Below are positions 25,890 to 45,872 of a stretch of 64,000 nucleotides of DNA, piece after piece. The stretch's first letter is position 1; each line of letters begins with the position of its first letter. The notes below the pieces were generated by a model. The model worked only from the letters and a program-made list of their open reading frames with translations. It did no database searches and was not told the origin of the DNA. The DNA comes from the human T2T-CHM13v2.0 reference genome, Homo sapiens. The stretch lies in NCBI RefSeq assembly GCF_009914755.1, contig NC_060934.1. One strand, 5' to 3'. Both the position numbers and the translations under genes were made by a program.

Positions 25890-28200
25890 GTGTAAACCAT
25901 TTTCATACTGCTGATAAAGACATACCAAAGACTGGGCAATTTACAAAAGAAAGATGTTTAATGGACTTACAGTTCCACATGGCTAGGAATGCCTCACAAT
26001 CATAGCAGAAGGCAATGAGAAGCAAGTCACATCTTACATGGATGGCAGCAGACAAAGAGAGAGCTTGTGCAGGGAGAACTCCTCTTTTTAAAACCATCAG
26101 ATCTTGTGAGACTCATTTACTATCATGAGAACAGTGCAGGAAAAACCTGGCCCCATAATTCAATCAACTCTCACCAGGTTCCTCCCATGACATGTGGGAA
26201 TTGAGGAGTTAAAATTCAAGACGAGATTTGGTTGGGGACACAGCCAAACCATATAATTCCACCCCAGCCCCTCCCAAATCTCAGTCCTCACATTTAAAAA
26301 CCAATCATGCCTTCCCAGCAGTCCACAAAAGTCTTAACTCATTTCAGCATGACTCAAAAGTCCACAGTCCAACATCTCATCTGAGACAAGGCAATTTCCT
26401 TCTGCTTATGATCCTGTAAAATCAAAGGCAAGTTAGTTACTTCCTAGAAACAATGGAGGTTCAGGCATTGGGTAAATACAGCCATTCCAAATGGGAGAAA
26501 TTGGCCAAAACGAAGGGGCTACAGGCACCATGCAAGCGTGAAATCCAGCAGGGAAGTCAAACCTTAAAGCTCCAAAATGATCTCCTTTGACTCCATGTCT
26601 CGCATCCGGGTCATGCTGATGCAAGAGGTGGGTTCCCATGGTCTTGGGCAGCTCCGTCCCTGTGGCTTTGCAGGGTACAGGCTCCCTCTCGACTGCTTTT
26701 ATGGGCTAGCATTGAGTGTGGCTTTTCTAGGCACAGGGTGTAAACTGTCAGTGGATCTACCATTCTGGGGTCTGGAGGATGGTGGCCCTCTTCTCACAGA
26801 TCCACTAGACAGTGCCCCAGTAGGGACTCTGTATAGGGGCTCTGACCCCACATTTCCCTTCTGCACTGTCCTAGCAGAGGTTCTCCATGGGATCCCCACC
26901 CTGCAATAAATTTCTGCCTGGACAGCCAGGCATTTCCATATATCCTCTGAAATCTAGGTGGAGGTACCCAAACCCAAATTCTTGACCTCTGTGCACTGGC
27001 AGGCTCAACATCATGTGGAAGCTGACAAGGCTTGAGGCTTGCAACCTCTGAAGCCATGGCCCAAGCTCGACATTTGCCCCTTTATTCATGGCTGGAGCAG
27101 CTGGGAGGCAGGGCACCAAGTTCCTAGGCTGCATACAGCACAGGGACCCTGGGCCTGGCCCACGAAACCACTTTGTCCTCCTAGGCCTCCAGGCCTGTGA
27201 TGGAAGGGGCTCCCATGAAGACCTCTGACATACCCTGGAGACATCATCCCCATTGTCTTGGTGCTTAACATTTGGCTCCTCATTACTTACGCAAATTTCT
27301 GCAGCTGGCTTGCATTTCTCCTCAGAAAATGGGATTTTCTTTTCTATCACATTGTCAGGCTACACATTTTCTGAACTTTTATGCTCTGCTTCTCTTATAT
27401 AACTGAATGCCTTTAACAGCACCCAAGTCACATCTTGAATGCTTTGCTGCTTAGAAATTTCTTCTGCCAGATACCCTAAATTATGTCTCTAAAGTTCAAA
27501 GTTCCACAAATCTCTCTAGGGCAGGGGCAAAATGCTGCCAGTCTCTTTGCTAAAACATAACAAGAGTCACCTTTGCTCCAGTTCCCAACAAGTTCCTCAT
27601 CTCCATCTGAGACCACCTCAGCCTGGATTTCATTGTCCATATCATTATCAGCATTTTGGTAAAAGCCATTCAACAAGTCTATAGGGTGTTCTAAACTTTT
27701 CCACACTTTCCTGTCTTCTTCTGAGCCCTCCAAACCATTTCAACCTCTTCCTGTTACCCAGTTCCAAAGTCACTTCCACATTTTCAGGTATCTTTTCAGC
27801 AGCACCCCACTGTACTGGTACCAATTTACTGTATTAGTCTGTTTTCACACTGCTGATGAAGAAATACTTGAGATGGGGCAATTTACAAAAGAAAGAGGTT
27901 TAATGGACTTACAATTCCACATGGCTGGGGAGGCCTCACAATCATGAAGGAAGGCAAGGAAGAGCACGTCACATCTTACATGGATGGAGGCAGGCAAAGA
28001 GAGACAGCTTGTGCAGGGAAACTCCTCTTTTTAAAACCATCAGATCTCATGAGACTCATTCACTATCACGAGAACAGCACAGAAAAGACCCACCCTCTTA
28101 ATTCCATCACCTCCCACTAGGTTCCTCCGATGACACATGGGAATTGTGAGAGTTACAATTTAATATGAGATTTTGGAGGGGACACAGCCAAACCATATCA
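25890..28200 (-). mobile_element. Full-length THE1 (THE1A/B) MaLR provirus: LTR ~25890-26256, internal 26257-27829, LTR 27830-28200
   Basis: Two similar ~365-bp LTRs, each ending (plus strand) in cagccaaaccatat(c/a)a, flanking ~1.57 kb of THE1-internal sequence. Confidence 0.95.
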
Positions 28201-30247
28201 CCAAATAAGAGAGTAGAGTAAATTTTTTGAATTGTCAATTAGGAAAAAGAACTCTACATTTCTACACACAGCAAAATTATTCTTCAAAAACGAAGAAGAA
28301 ATAAAAACTTTCTCAGACAAACAAATCTTGGAAAATTCATCACCAGCACATCTGCCCTTCAAGAAACATTAAAAGAAGTTCTTCAGTGAGAAGGGAAATG
28401 ATGTGTTAGAAACTTAGATCTAAAAAAAGAACATCAGAGAAGCACTAAATGAAGGTAAAATTAAATCTTTTTTTCTTATTTTTAATTGATCTAATATGTA
28501 ACATTTGTTCAAAATAATACTAGTAACAATATATTGTATGATTGTAGCATTGAGGTAAATTAAATGAATGATAGCAATATTATAAAGAGTTGAGGGGAGG
28601 AATTGAGAATACTGTATTGAAAGATGACCCTACTACCCAGAAAGCAGTTTTATGAAAGTGGACCTAATTGTAAATGTATATTGCAAACTCTAGGGCAAGT
28701 ACTCAGTTTTTTAAGAAAAGTATAAGTTATATGCTGACAATAAAAAACAAAATAGAAACCATATGCAATGATTAAAACTAGAGAAGGTAGAAAAGAAAAA
28801 AGAAATGAAAACAACAGAGGTAATTCATAGAAAACAGAAATACTAATAATCACTTTAAATGTGAAAGGTCTGCAGCATCATTTAAAAGACAGAGATGTTC
28901 ATGCTTAGAATGGAGTATTCTTCATAAATATAAAGAAATGAACTATCAAGCTATGAGAACACCTGGATGAACTTTAAATGCTTATAGCTGGGTGAAAGAA
29001 TCCCACCTGAAAAGGCTACAGACTATATGATCCCAATTGAACAGTATGTTGAAAAGAACAAAACTAGAGGAACAGTAAAACAATGAGAGACTGCCAATGA
29101 TTCAAGGCGAGAGGAGGAGGATTGAATAGGTGAAGCACAGGCCTTTTTTGACTGGTAAATCAATTTTGTATATATTAATGGTGGATACATGACATACCTT
29201 TGTCAAAAGCCATAGAAATTTACAGCACAAAGAGTAAACCTCAATTATGTAAGTTTTGAAAAAATCATTTAGGAGGGCTAGGATCCTAGGAAAGAATGCA
29301 AAGTTTGACAACATTATTTACACATGTTCTGATTGTAACAAATAATCTCACTGTATGGGGTATGGAGAGGGAAAAGTTGCTGATCTAATAAACTTTGAAA
29401 ATTAATGTAATCCATAAGACTGAAGTCAAAAGGAATTACCAGTAAGCAATATGCTGCACTTGATAAAGCTACTTTCCATAAGGGTACAGGTTATTGATTC
29501 TCATAATGTTATACTAGTGTACTGAAATTAAACAGTTAGGTAAACAAATGATGGTGATGGGAGTCAGGTTTTTCATTGTTAGAATAGAAGTTTATAGATG
29601 AACAAGGGAAGAAGGCTAGAATATAAATTCATGTTTAGCTAAATATAGATACAGATGTAGAAACATTTATGGACATGTGGATTTACCTTAGTTAGTATGC
29701 ACACATATATTCCCTTGCTCTGTCAGCTGTCACCTAAAAGAAATGACACCTTAGCAGCAACAAGCATGGCTGACACTCAGATTTTGGTTTCTGATACCAT
29801 TCACCAATAAAGGGGCCAGGGCTCCTTAGAGAAATGCTAATTCTACGACTGGGAAGGAAATATATAGAAAGAACCTGAAGTATTAGATACTGCCAAAAAA
29901 TAAGGAAGAACTAAAAAATTTAAATCTGCAAGTACACACTGAAAGAGTTGTCAATAGCCATATCTGGAATAATTTGAGCAGTAAAATAAACAAAGCAATA
30001 TGGAATTCTAACCCAATGTATAAACTAAATATCCATAAGTCCATAGTGATAGAAATAAATGACTGAATATATAAATAAATTGAAGAACATATACAAATAT
30101 ACCCTGAAAAGCAATTCCAAGTAAATTCCAAATAATTCCAAAGTATTATATAGCCTGCCCTCAAGGAGCGGAAAATAACTTCCACTCCTTAACTGTGGGC
30201 TACATAGTGACTTCTGTCCAGGGTAGAGTGTAGAAAAGGGGGAAAAT

Positions 30248-30588
<341 letters not shown>

Positions 30589-31065
30589 TCAGCCAGGTCA
30601 TCAATGTCAACATCAACAGCAATACCTAATATCAATACTTGAAATGATATGATAAAAATGGTACTTTTTCTCACTGGTCTTCCTCCCAAAACCACATATT
30701 CCCAGACTAATCATAAGGACAAACTCACAAATTCCAATAAAGTGACATCCTACAAAATCTCTTATCTGTATTCCTGAAAACTGTCAAGTTCGCAAAAACA
30801 AGGAAAGTCTAAGAACTGTCACAGCCAAGAAAAGACTAAGGAGGCATGACTATTAAACGCAATGTAATATCCTAGATAGAGGGCTAGGAAAGGAAAAGGA
30901 CATGAGATAAATACTAAAGAAGTCTGAATAAATCATGAACTTAATATTACAATGTGCACTTATTAATTTTTAACAAAAGTACTATATGAATGAAGATGTT
31001 AATAATAAGGGTATAAGCCATATGGGAACGCTATGTTCTATCTTCTCAATTATTCTGTAAAACTA

Positions 31066-31364
<299 letters not shown>

Positions 31365-31582
31365 TTATAAGATAAAGTATTTTCTTAATTCAGGAACTAA
31401 CAAGGTAGAACATTAACATACAAAAGTTACTAATCTTCATATACACAAACAATAATCACTTAGTCAATATAGAGAAAAGAAAATAATCTGTTTACAAATG
31501 CAATAGAAATAACAACTTATTTAAAAATAAATTTGGAAAAAATGAGCTAAATGTCTCTGAGAAAAACTTTCAAATATGCCAG

Positions 31583-36322
<4,740 letters not shown>

Positions 36323-36494
36323 TAAAACTCCAGAACATACAAAATGTACTTGAAAAAAAATAGAAAGGCACCCCATGATCTACAAATAAACATCACAAAT
36401 ATGTAAATTCTCCTATGTTAATATAGTTGAATCCTATCCTAATAAAAATACTACAAGATACTTTTCTGGAATAAAACTTGTGGGAAAAATATCT

Positions 36495-36820
36495 AGCCAT
36501 GTGCAGTGGCTAATGCCTGTAATCCCAGCACTTTGGGAGGCCAAGACAGGTGGATTACTTGAGGTCAGGAGTTCGAAACCAGCCTGGCCAACATGGCGAA
36601 ACCCCATCTCCACTAAAAATACAAAAATTAGCCAGGCGTGGTGGCAGCCGCCTGTCATCCCAGCTATGGGGGAGGCTGAGACATGAGAATTGTTTGAATG
36701 GGGGTTGGAGGTTGCAGTGAGCCGAGATCACGCCATTGCACTACAGCCTGGTCGACAGAGTGAGAGTCTGTCTTAAAAAAAAAAACAAAAAACAAAAAAC
36801 AAAAAAAACAGAAGAAAGAG
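36495..36820 (+). mobile_element. AluS (Sx/Sz-like)
   Basis: Two-arm Alu with an A/C-rich tail. Confidence 0.92.
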
Positions 36821-39133
36821 AGAAATAAAGCGAGAAAGCATCTAAGAATATCCTGGAAAAAAAAAAAGTCGATGAAGCGGGATTAGCCCAATTAGAAATG
36901 AAAATATACACTAGGTGATCTGAAATCAGTCTATACTGGTTCTCATATCCACAGCACAATGTAACAATAAAAGAAAGTCTAGAAATAAATCTATATTTGG
37001 CAGGTAATAAGGATGAAATCTCAAAAATGTTTGAAAAAGGTAGACTTTTTTAAATGAATGAGGTTAGGAAAACTGTATACTCATTAGGCTTGACATAAAA
37101 TGGATGTGAACAACATACTCTATAGCAGAATAAACTTCACATGAATTTTTAAAAATCTAACAGTTAATAGAAAAGTAACATACAGAAATAGAAGAACATC
37201 TGGATAAATTATTTACATCCTCATTTGGGTAAACTCTAGCAAAGACTCAAAATGCAATGCAATGAAATAAAAGATTGATAAATTCAACTACAGGCATATT
37301 AAACATTAATTGAATGACAAAAACACCACAGTCAAAATCAAACTATAAATAATTAGAAGAAAATATCGACAACATGCAACTCCGATAAAAAGCTAATATC
37401 TCTAAATGTATAAAAAACTCATAAAAACCAAGAAAAAAGAACATTAAAGTGATCTTCATTTTAAATAAGAGGTATTAAGACTCCACAAATATGTCATTTC
37501 CACCCTGTTAGACTAGCAAAAAATTTAAAATCTTAATAATACACTCTGTTGGTGTGGCTGTGGAGAAATAGCACTTTCATGCACTGGTGGTTAGATTGTA
37601 ACAGTTATTTTTTCTAAGATACAAATCAATCTTTGGCAATTTCTATAAAAAATCTGTATGAGAAGTTCATTATTTGTAGATATTATAGAAAATATTAAAA
37701 ACAAATTACATGGTTTACTATGTAGTACTAAAAATAAGATGAGGAAGATTTGTATGAGATAATTAGAAGTGATATTCAAGATGTTCAATTAAGTGGGAAA
37801 AACAAGTATAAGAATATATAGGTATCAGAAGCATTTTCTGTATGAAAGAAGGAAATTTAAGAATATTTGCTTTCAAACAGAAACATAGGGTAGATAATTA
37901 GTCATTAACCAAAATGGTTAACTACAAGATGCAGGTGTGAATGGATGAAAGAATTAAGAATGGGTATCAGACTTGTGCAAGCATGCGTTTGTATCTGTGG
38001 TGATTTTTTATTCATATAAAGGTCAAAATGTCACAAAATAAATACACATTTTTAAGACAGCAAACCATAAATTAAATATAAAAATAAGAATTGATCCTAA
38101 TAGTTATTAACAGAGAAAAACAATAAAGATTTAAGTCAAGGAAATTTTGATCACAGTACTCTGTACACTCTTGGTTGGAAATATTATAACAAAAGAATCT
38201 TGAACTTTACATGGTAATGGTACTGGTAAAATGATTCTGAAAATATTTTGTGTGATTGTAGATAGAGTGAATGTTTAAAGATATTGTTGTATTGGAGAAC
38301 TAGAATTCTTAATGTAAGAAGAGATACCGAACTGGAATGAAAAATGATAAGAAAATATTCTTGATCTTATATTTGAATAAGAGGTATTATTTTTCATAAT
38401 GCAATATTTCTTAGCTAGTAACAGTAAAAGAATGACACCTCAATTGCAACAAAAACACATAACACCGAGGTTTTGATGACTAAATATAATTCTTCACTAC
38501 AAGGAACTAGAACTGTTTGGAGATATGGTTCTTTCTGGCTAAGGTAATGTGTGCAATGAACGTTGAATATTTTGTTGGGCGAGAAGGCAAAAAAACTGCC
38601 CCAAACCTAGAGATCATGACTAAAAACACAGAGAAGCTAGTTTAAAAGTTCTCCCCTAAAAATGTTTGGGACAAATTAGCTAAAAAAATTAATGATTTCA
38701 GTAGTGTTAATGTATTAAACCATTTCATCAATCCCATCTGTAACAGTGAGAGAGAAATTGAAACAGCTTTTCTTTGTAGAAAAGTCACAGCTAAAACATA
38801 TAGAAAGAATAAAATAAAATCACTATTTTGCTACCAGTAATGTACTAATTGATTAAAGCAAGAATCATCAATGGATGCTAAATTCATTAGGTAAAAGTGT
38901 TGTTGAACAACAAGGATGTTACTATGATCTCTAAGTATCCTCAAGCAGATAATTAAGAACAAAAGAAAAAGTGTTTCTTCACAATGCGGAGATATTGCAG
39001 ACACCGCCTTTACTAAGTAAAACCTATCTATCATTACTGAAACAAAATAGCTTGCATGCACTGGTGTTCTGCTAAATGTTTAACAATTGACTCTAAAACA
39101 CATGCATATAAAAAGGGCAAAATGCTTATATAA

Positions 39134-39468
<335 letters not shown>

Positions 39469-40110
39469 ACGTAACACAATTTACAAATAACATATAATAC
39501 TCTTTATTGTAAACTGCATATAATAAATCAATTCTCAAAGAATATTTTCAGTTTTATTGCCAAATTGTCTTCAATTCATGTTTTGGTTGTTAAGTGATGA
39601 ATAAGTGTAGTTCTAACATGGATGTTGGTTAATATGTTTGTTTACCTTAATGAGTAAGACCAACAAAAAACAATAAAGATGTATGCCAGAACTTAATCAT
39701 GGCATAAGCTACTTTTTACTAAATTGGATAATAGTTTTCAAACACTAAATAGTAATTTCTTCACTTTTTTTTTTTTGGTGTTACAAGGTAATTGTTATAC
39801 ACACAGCAAAATATAAGTTTAGTCTACATTATTAACACTTTTCTCCATCACTTTCTGACAATCAGTATCATAAACCATGCTCTGATGTGTAGCATTTGCC
39901 AATTCTTGCAATGTAATTACTGCACAATGGCCTACTTCCAGCTATTAATGTGACATCACTGAAAGCGGAGTTTAGAAGAGAGTAACACAACACAGCATTG
40001 TGTTGTATTATCTCCATGACAGATGTAAATTTGGTAAAATAATTAAGAAGGAATGAAATTTTAGTATCTATTACATTTGCTTAATACTTATTATTTGTGA
40101 GTTCACATAA

Positions 40111-40390
40111 TTTTTTTTTTTTGAGATAGAGTCTCACTGTCGCCCAGGCTGAAGGGCAGTGGCATGATCTCAGCTCACTGCAACCTCCACCTCGTGGGTT
40201 CAAGCAATTCTCCTGACTCAGCCTCCTGAGTACCTGGGATTACAGGTGCGTGCCACCATGCCCAGCTATTTTTGTATTTTTTTAGTAGACATGGGTTTCA
40301 CCATGTTGGCTAGGCTGTTCTCAAACTCCTAACCTCAAGCGATCTGCCCACCTCAGCCTCCCAAAGTGGCTTGAGCCACCGCGCCCAGCC
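40111..40390 (-). mobile_element. AluS with a small deletion in the left arm
   Basis: T-tail, two arms; TSD agttcacataattt. Confidence 0.92.
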
Positions 40391-40945
40391 TAGTTCACAT
40401 AATTTAATGTTTAATAATGACCATGTTTAACAACTAGCTCAGAGACTTCTTGAGACTTTTTTTTAGCAATCAGCTTCCAGCAAACCACTGCTTTGACGTG
40501 ACTCCTGTGCAACGCAATGAGGATACAATATCAGCTTCATAGCACTTCTACAAAAGATATTTAATCTTTTAATTATAAGGAAACAATCAGGAAAATCCAG
40601 AATGTTAGATATTCAAAAAGCCCTCTAGCTTGGAATCTTCAAAATTATAAATGTCATGGAATACCAAATGTAAAAAAACAAAGTAGGAGGACTGTTCTGG
40701 ATTAAAGAAAACCAAGAGGCATGACAAGAAAACCCAATGCATGAATCTCAATTACATACAATGGCAGGGGGCAGGGACAGAAAAAAATTTAAAACTAAAA
40801 ACAATACTTAGAGAAATTTGAATATGAACCATATATTAAATAATACAATATCAACATTAAATCTGTTAAGTATAATAATATTGAGGTTATACTGGAGAAT
40901 GCCATTGATTTTATGAGATACGCGGAACAGCAAAAATAAGTTTGT

Positions 40946-41246
40946 GGACTGGGTTTGGTGCCTCATGCCTTAACCCCAGCAGTTTGGGAGGCTGAGGTGG
41001 GTGGATAACCTGAGGTCAGGAGTTCAGGATTAGCCTGGGCAACATGGCAAAATCCCGACTCAACAAAAAATTTACAAAAAAGTAAGTGGGCATGGTGGCA
41101 CGTCCCTGTGGTCCCAGCTACTCTGGAGGCTAATGTCGGGGGATGGCTTGAGTCCAGGAGGTGGAGGTTGCAGTGAGCCAAGATTATGTCATTGTACTCC
41201 AGCATGGGCAACAGAGCCACATCCTGTCTTGAAAATAACAACAAAA
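40946..41246 (+). mobile_element. AluJb-like
   Basis: Diverged two-arm Alu. Confidence 0.88.
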
Positions 41247-41811
41247 TTTTGTGCATAGATATATAAATAACAATAAATGATATATATCTATATAGAGAAA
41301 AAACAAAGAAAATAAAATAGTAAAACTTATTAAATCTAAGTAAAAGAACAAAATTACTCCAAAGAAAAAATAAAAGCCCGCAGTCTTTGAAAAGTATATG
41401 AAAGAAATAATAATAAACCCAAATATATGTATATATGTATGCATTAAATTTAAAATTTGCATTTTCAAAGACAAAGTTTGAAACTTTCTCCTTGAATCCA
41501 GAACAATTATTTTAGTTGCTATTTATTGAGCAACAGGTGTGGATCAAGAATCTGGCAATTTACTTTATCTATATTATCTCAATGCCTCCAACCACATGAT
41601 GACATAGTAATTCTTATTGTTACAGATAACAAACTTTGAATACTGACTATCTTTGGGCAATGATATCATGCTATATAACCAACAATCCATAATGGTCAAA
41701 GAAAAATTGTTTCTATATGGCCTTGTATTTTGTTGAGGCAAAGAAAACAATAGTAGGCTTATTCATGATAATTCTTTATGTATTTTGCTCATTTGATGAT
41801 AAAAATCCTTA

Positions 41812-42198
<387 letters not shown>

Positions 42199-44257
42199 TT
42201 ACACATCACTCTCTCTAAATAAGAGTAATTTAACATTGGTCTTCATTTCTTCACAATTTCAAATTTCTGCACTATATGACCAGGAAAGCCAAAGTTTCCC
42301 CCAGGCTTTCTGGTCATGTTGTTTGCCTCTGCCCTGTGTGATTTTTCTCCTGACTCAATGAAGGGAATTCTAAAATCTGACAGATTAGCAATGAAATCTT
42401 TTACACCATTTCCTAAGATTCCTCTTAGATTTATGGCTGCACGCTTAGGGATATCATGATGCCGAAATGTTAGGCGAGAAATAAAACTATATTTTCCCCT
42501 TTCTTACTTCAGTGGAGCACAATTTCCATTTATTCACACTGTATTTCCTCACACAATATGTTCTTCCCACCCAAGGCTATAAATTTGAAAATATTTATAG
42601 GCAAGATTACCCCTGATGCCATTTATACCTTGATGGCTTTGTGTTTCAGCTCCTAAGAGCCACTCATATGTCATATGAATGGCTTACAACCATGTACTGC
42701 CTTGGATTTTTCCCTGTCAAATGCAAGGCCCTTCTTTGACTACAATACTCTTGATTCAATTTATTATTAATAACACACCCTGCTAATGACTTCAAAGAAA
42801 GCCTCTTTATGTGTGTTCAGAGGTTTCCCAACTCTTGCTTTCTAGGTTTTACAAGTCACTTTTAGATTTTGAGAGTGAGGGTTGTGTTCCCCCCTTTTCT
42901 CCTATATATATTTTTATAAAAATATTCAAATTATGACATTTCTCACACTACAATAGACCATCATAATTGTCCCTCTCATTGTGTCATATTTTTCAAGTGA
43001 AGGACATGGACAGACACTGCAAGCATTATACAGCTCTGGGCGGGAATCAGGCAGACAGGCCTGTAGTTTGTACATAGAAATCCAGCCTCAGTCATCCTGA
43101 GATGATGTTTAGGTCAAACAAGAAGGGAATATCCTGGGTTGAACTCCAATAAAGAGACTTTGCCTTCGTCCGGTTCTCCCTTTTCCTGATGATTTTGTAA
43201 AGGGACTAGGAGGATCAACTGGGTATGTGGCAATGGGGGCTTTTGTGGTTTTGAAGGTGGCCTCATTAGTGAATATGAGTATCTTGTAACTGCACGCTCC
43301 ATGTCTGGCATGTTGCATAGCAATCATTAAAGCAGCTATAAAACTTTCAGATATGTTGAGATTTTGAGCAGCTCCATTTATGCACAGAGTAGGGACCAAA
43401 ATTCTAACTAACTAATCGCCACATAACATGAAGAGAGCTTAGAAATCCTAAAGAGAGAAAACCTATTAGTTGTTCCTCATCCTTCAAATTTTTGCACCAA
43501 AAGCAGAGAACCAGAGGAAATGCAATTTAACTTAACAGTAAACCCCCTTCAAGGAGATTAATTAATCCCTCCTCCTTTCAATTCTTTCCAGATGAATGTT
43601 GTTAAGTACCAATGTAATCGTATCTGGTATCTTTGAGGTATAGTGAACTCTGAGGAAGGTAATGTTAAGATGCATTTCAAGAGTATAAACAATCCACGAG
43701 CAAAGTAGAGAAAAAATTTAGTCTCCTGACATTTTATAATACAATTAACCTGAAGAACAGAGATCTATGTTACGATTTCTCTAATTTTATCTTTCTAATG
43801 ATTTAAGCCCTATTCATAATGTCGTTAGGTATTGGGGTTTCCATTTGTCTTTATGTATTTGTTCTCTCCTAGCAATAAAATGACCTATTGTTTATTGGTC
43901 ACTGTTGAACAACATACCTGAATAACTCTTTAGGAACATTCTGTCCTATTCTGCAAATCCCACATTGCATGGCTAAAAAGGAAATGCAGCCAACTCATTT
44001 GTAAAAGACCTATGTGAGGAAGTGCCAGTTGTTATTTTTAAACAATTTGTTATAACAGAAGTAGTTCTGACTTTTCTTCTTAATTGCTTGGATAGTTCAT
44101 GGAGAGTATCTTCTCTCTTACTTTAGTCTATGCTTCTTTATGTTTTTATTTAAGAGATTTTGTCATTGTTGTTGCTGTTGGTTGTGATGATACTTGAGGA
44201 GAAGCAGGGTTTAAGAAACATCATAATCTAAGAACATTTCAATAGAAAATTTTCTGA

Positions 44258-44570
<313 letters not shown>

Positions 44571-45204
44571 AGAAAAATTTCTGAGAAAATGTTTAATTGC
44601 AGTATAGTTTGCTTAACAGTAATTAGTTTAATATTTAAAATTTCAAGAATGTTTGAGGTTAAAATTTACATTAAAGAATATTGTTATTTATACCAAAAAA
44701 AAGCAAAGAGATGACTCCCCAGAATTTAGGATTGAATGAAGATATCCTCAAACAGTTAAACAATTGTTAAACTGTAAAATCAACATATAATTTGCCAAGA
44801 TCAGAGACATAAAAATTCTCCAATTATGGAGAAAATCTCCATCCTAAGACAGATGTATCTTAACTTGCCTCAACATATTTAAGTGAGATTTGGAGGGATG
44901 AGGTACAGATAAATATAGATTAAAGTTTTATTGTTTTTGTCATACTCCAGTGAATTGATTTTATATAAACGATAAATAATTTATTCATCTGATAGTGACA
45001 AAATATCCCCAAAATAACAGCACATATAAGAGAGGTTGACTTAAAATTGTACTTAGAGAGTCACTGAAAACAGTAAAACAAGCAAAACACTGTCTATTCG
45101 AATTCAAGCATTGCCAACAAATTGATGATAATGTGTATTCTGAGGCAGATGTTTCCTTATAGAGAAGATGGATAGCCCAGGTTATTAAAGATATATCCCA
45201 TATG

Positions 45205-45872
45205 TCTTTCGCAATTATTGTCTCCATGTCTGTGGATTCTCTTTTTATTCTCTTGAAAGTGTCTTTCACAGAGCAGAAAGCTTACATTTTAATAAAGTCC
45301 AGCTTATCAATGCTTTCTTTCATGGATCGTGGCTTTGGTGTTGTACCTAAAATGTCTTTGCCAAAGCTGTTTACCTAGATTTTTCTCCTACCTTTTAGAA
45401 ATGTTATAGGTTTGTATATTTATTTAGGTCTTTATCCATTTTTAGTTAGTGTTTGTAAAGCATATAAAGTCTGTGTCTAAATTCTTTTCATTTGTTTGTT
45501 ACATGTAGATATCCAGTTGCTCCAAAACCATTTGTTGAAAAGACTATCTTTTCACCATTGTTTTGCCTTGACTCTTTCATCAGTGGTCAGCTGGCTTTAT
45601 TTAGTTGGGTCTATTTCTGGGCTCTGTATTCTATTCCATTGATTTATTTGTCTATTATTTGACCAGTATGACACTGTCTTGATTATGGAAGCTTTATGGT
45701 AAGTCTTGAACTCAATGTTGGTCCTCCAACTTTTTTCTTTTCTTTAAATATTGTCTTGTCTATTCCAGGTCTTTTAACTCTACATATATACTTTCAAGTC
45801 ATTTTGTCAATAAAATAACTTTCTGAGATTTTGATTGGGATTACACTGAATGTGTAGATCAAGTTGGAAATA
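45205..45872 (-). mobile_element. L1MC/MD ORF2 fragment
   Basis: gtctttcacagagcagaaag...ccatttgttgaaaagactatc...gattttgattgggattacactgaatgtgtagatcaagttgg. Confidence 0.85.

Noticed and set aside
26228-27733. Dense overlapping ORFs (up to 159 aa) suggesting a gene
   Set aside because: They lie within the THE1 internal region, a degenerate MaLR ORF remnant.
43109-43399. 96-aa minus-strand ORF as an extra CTNNA3 exon or retrogene
   Set aside because: No catenin or other recognisable similarity, no poly(A)/TSD and no convincing splice sites.
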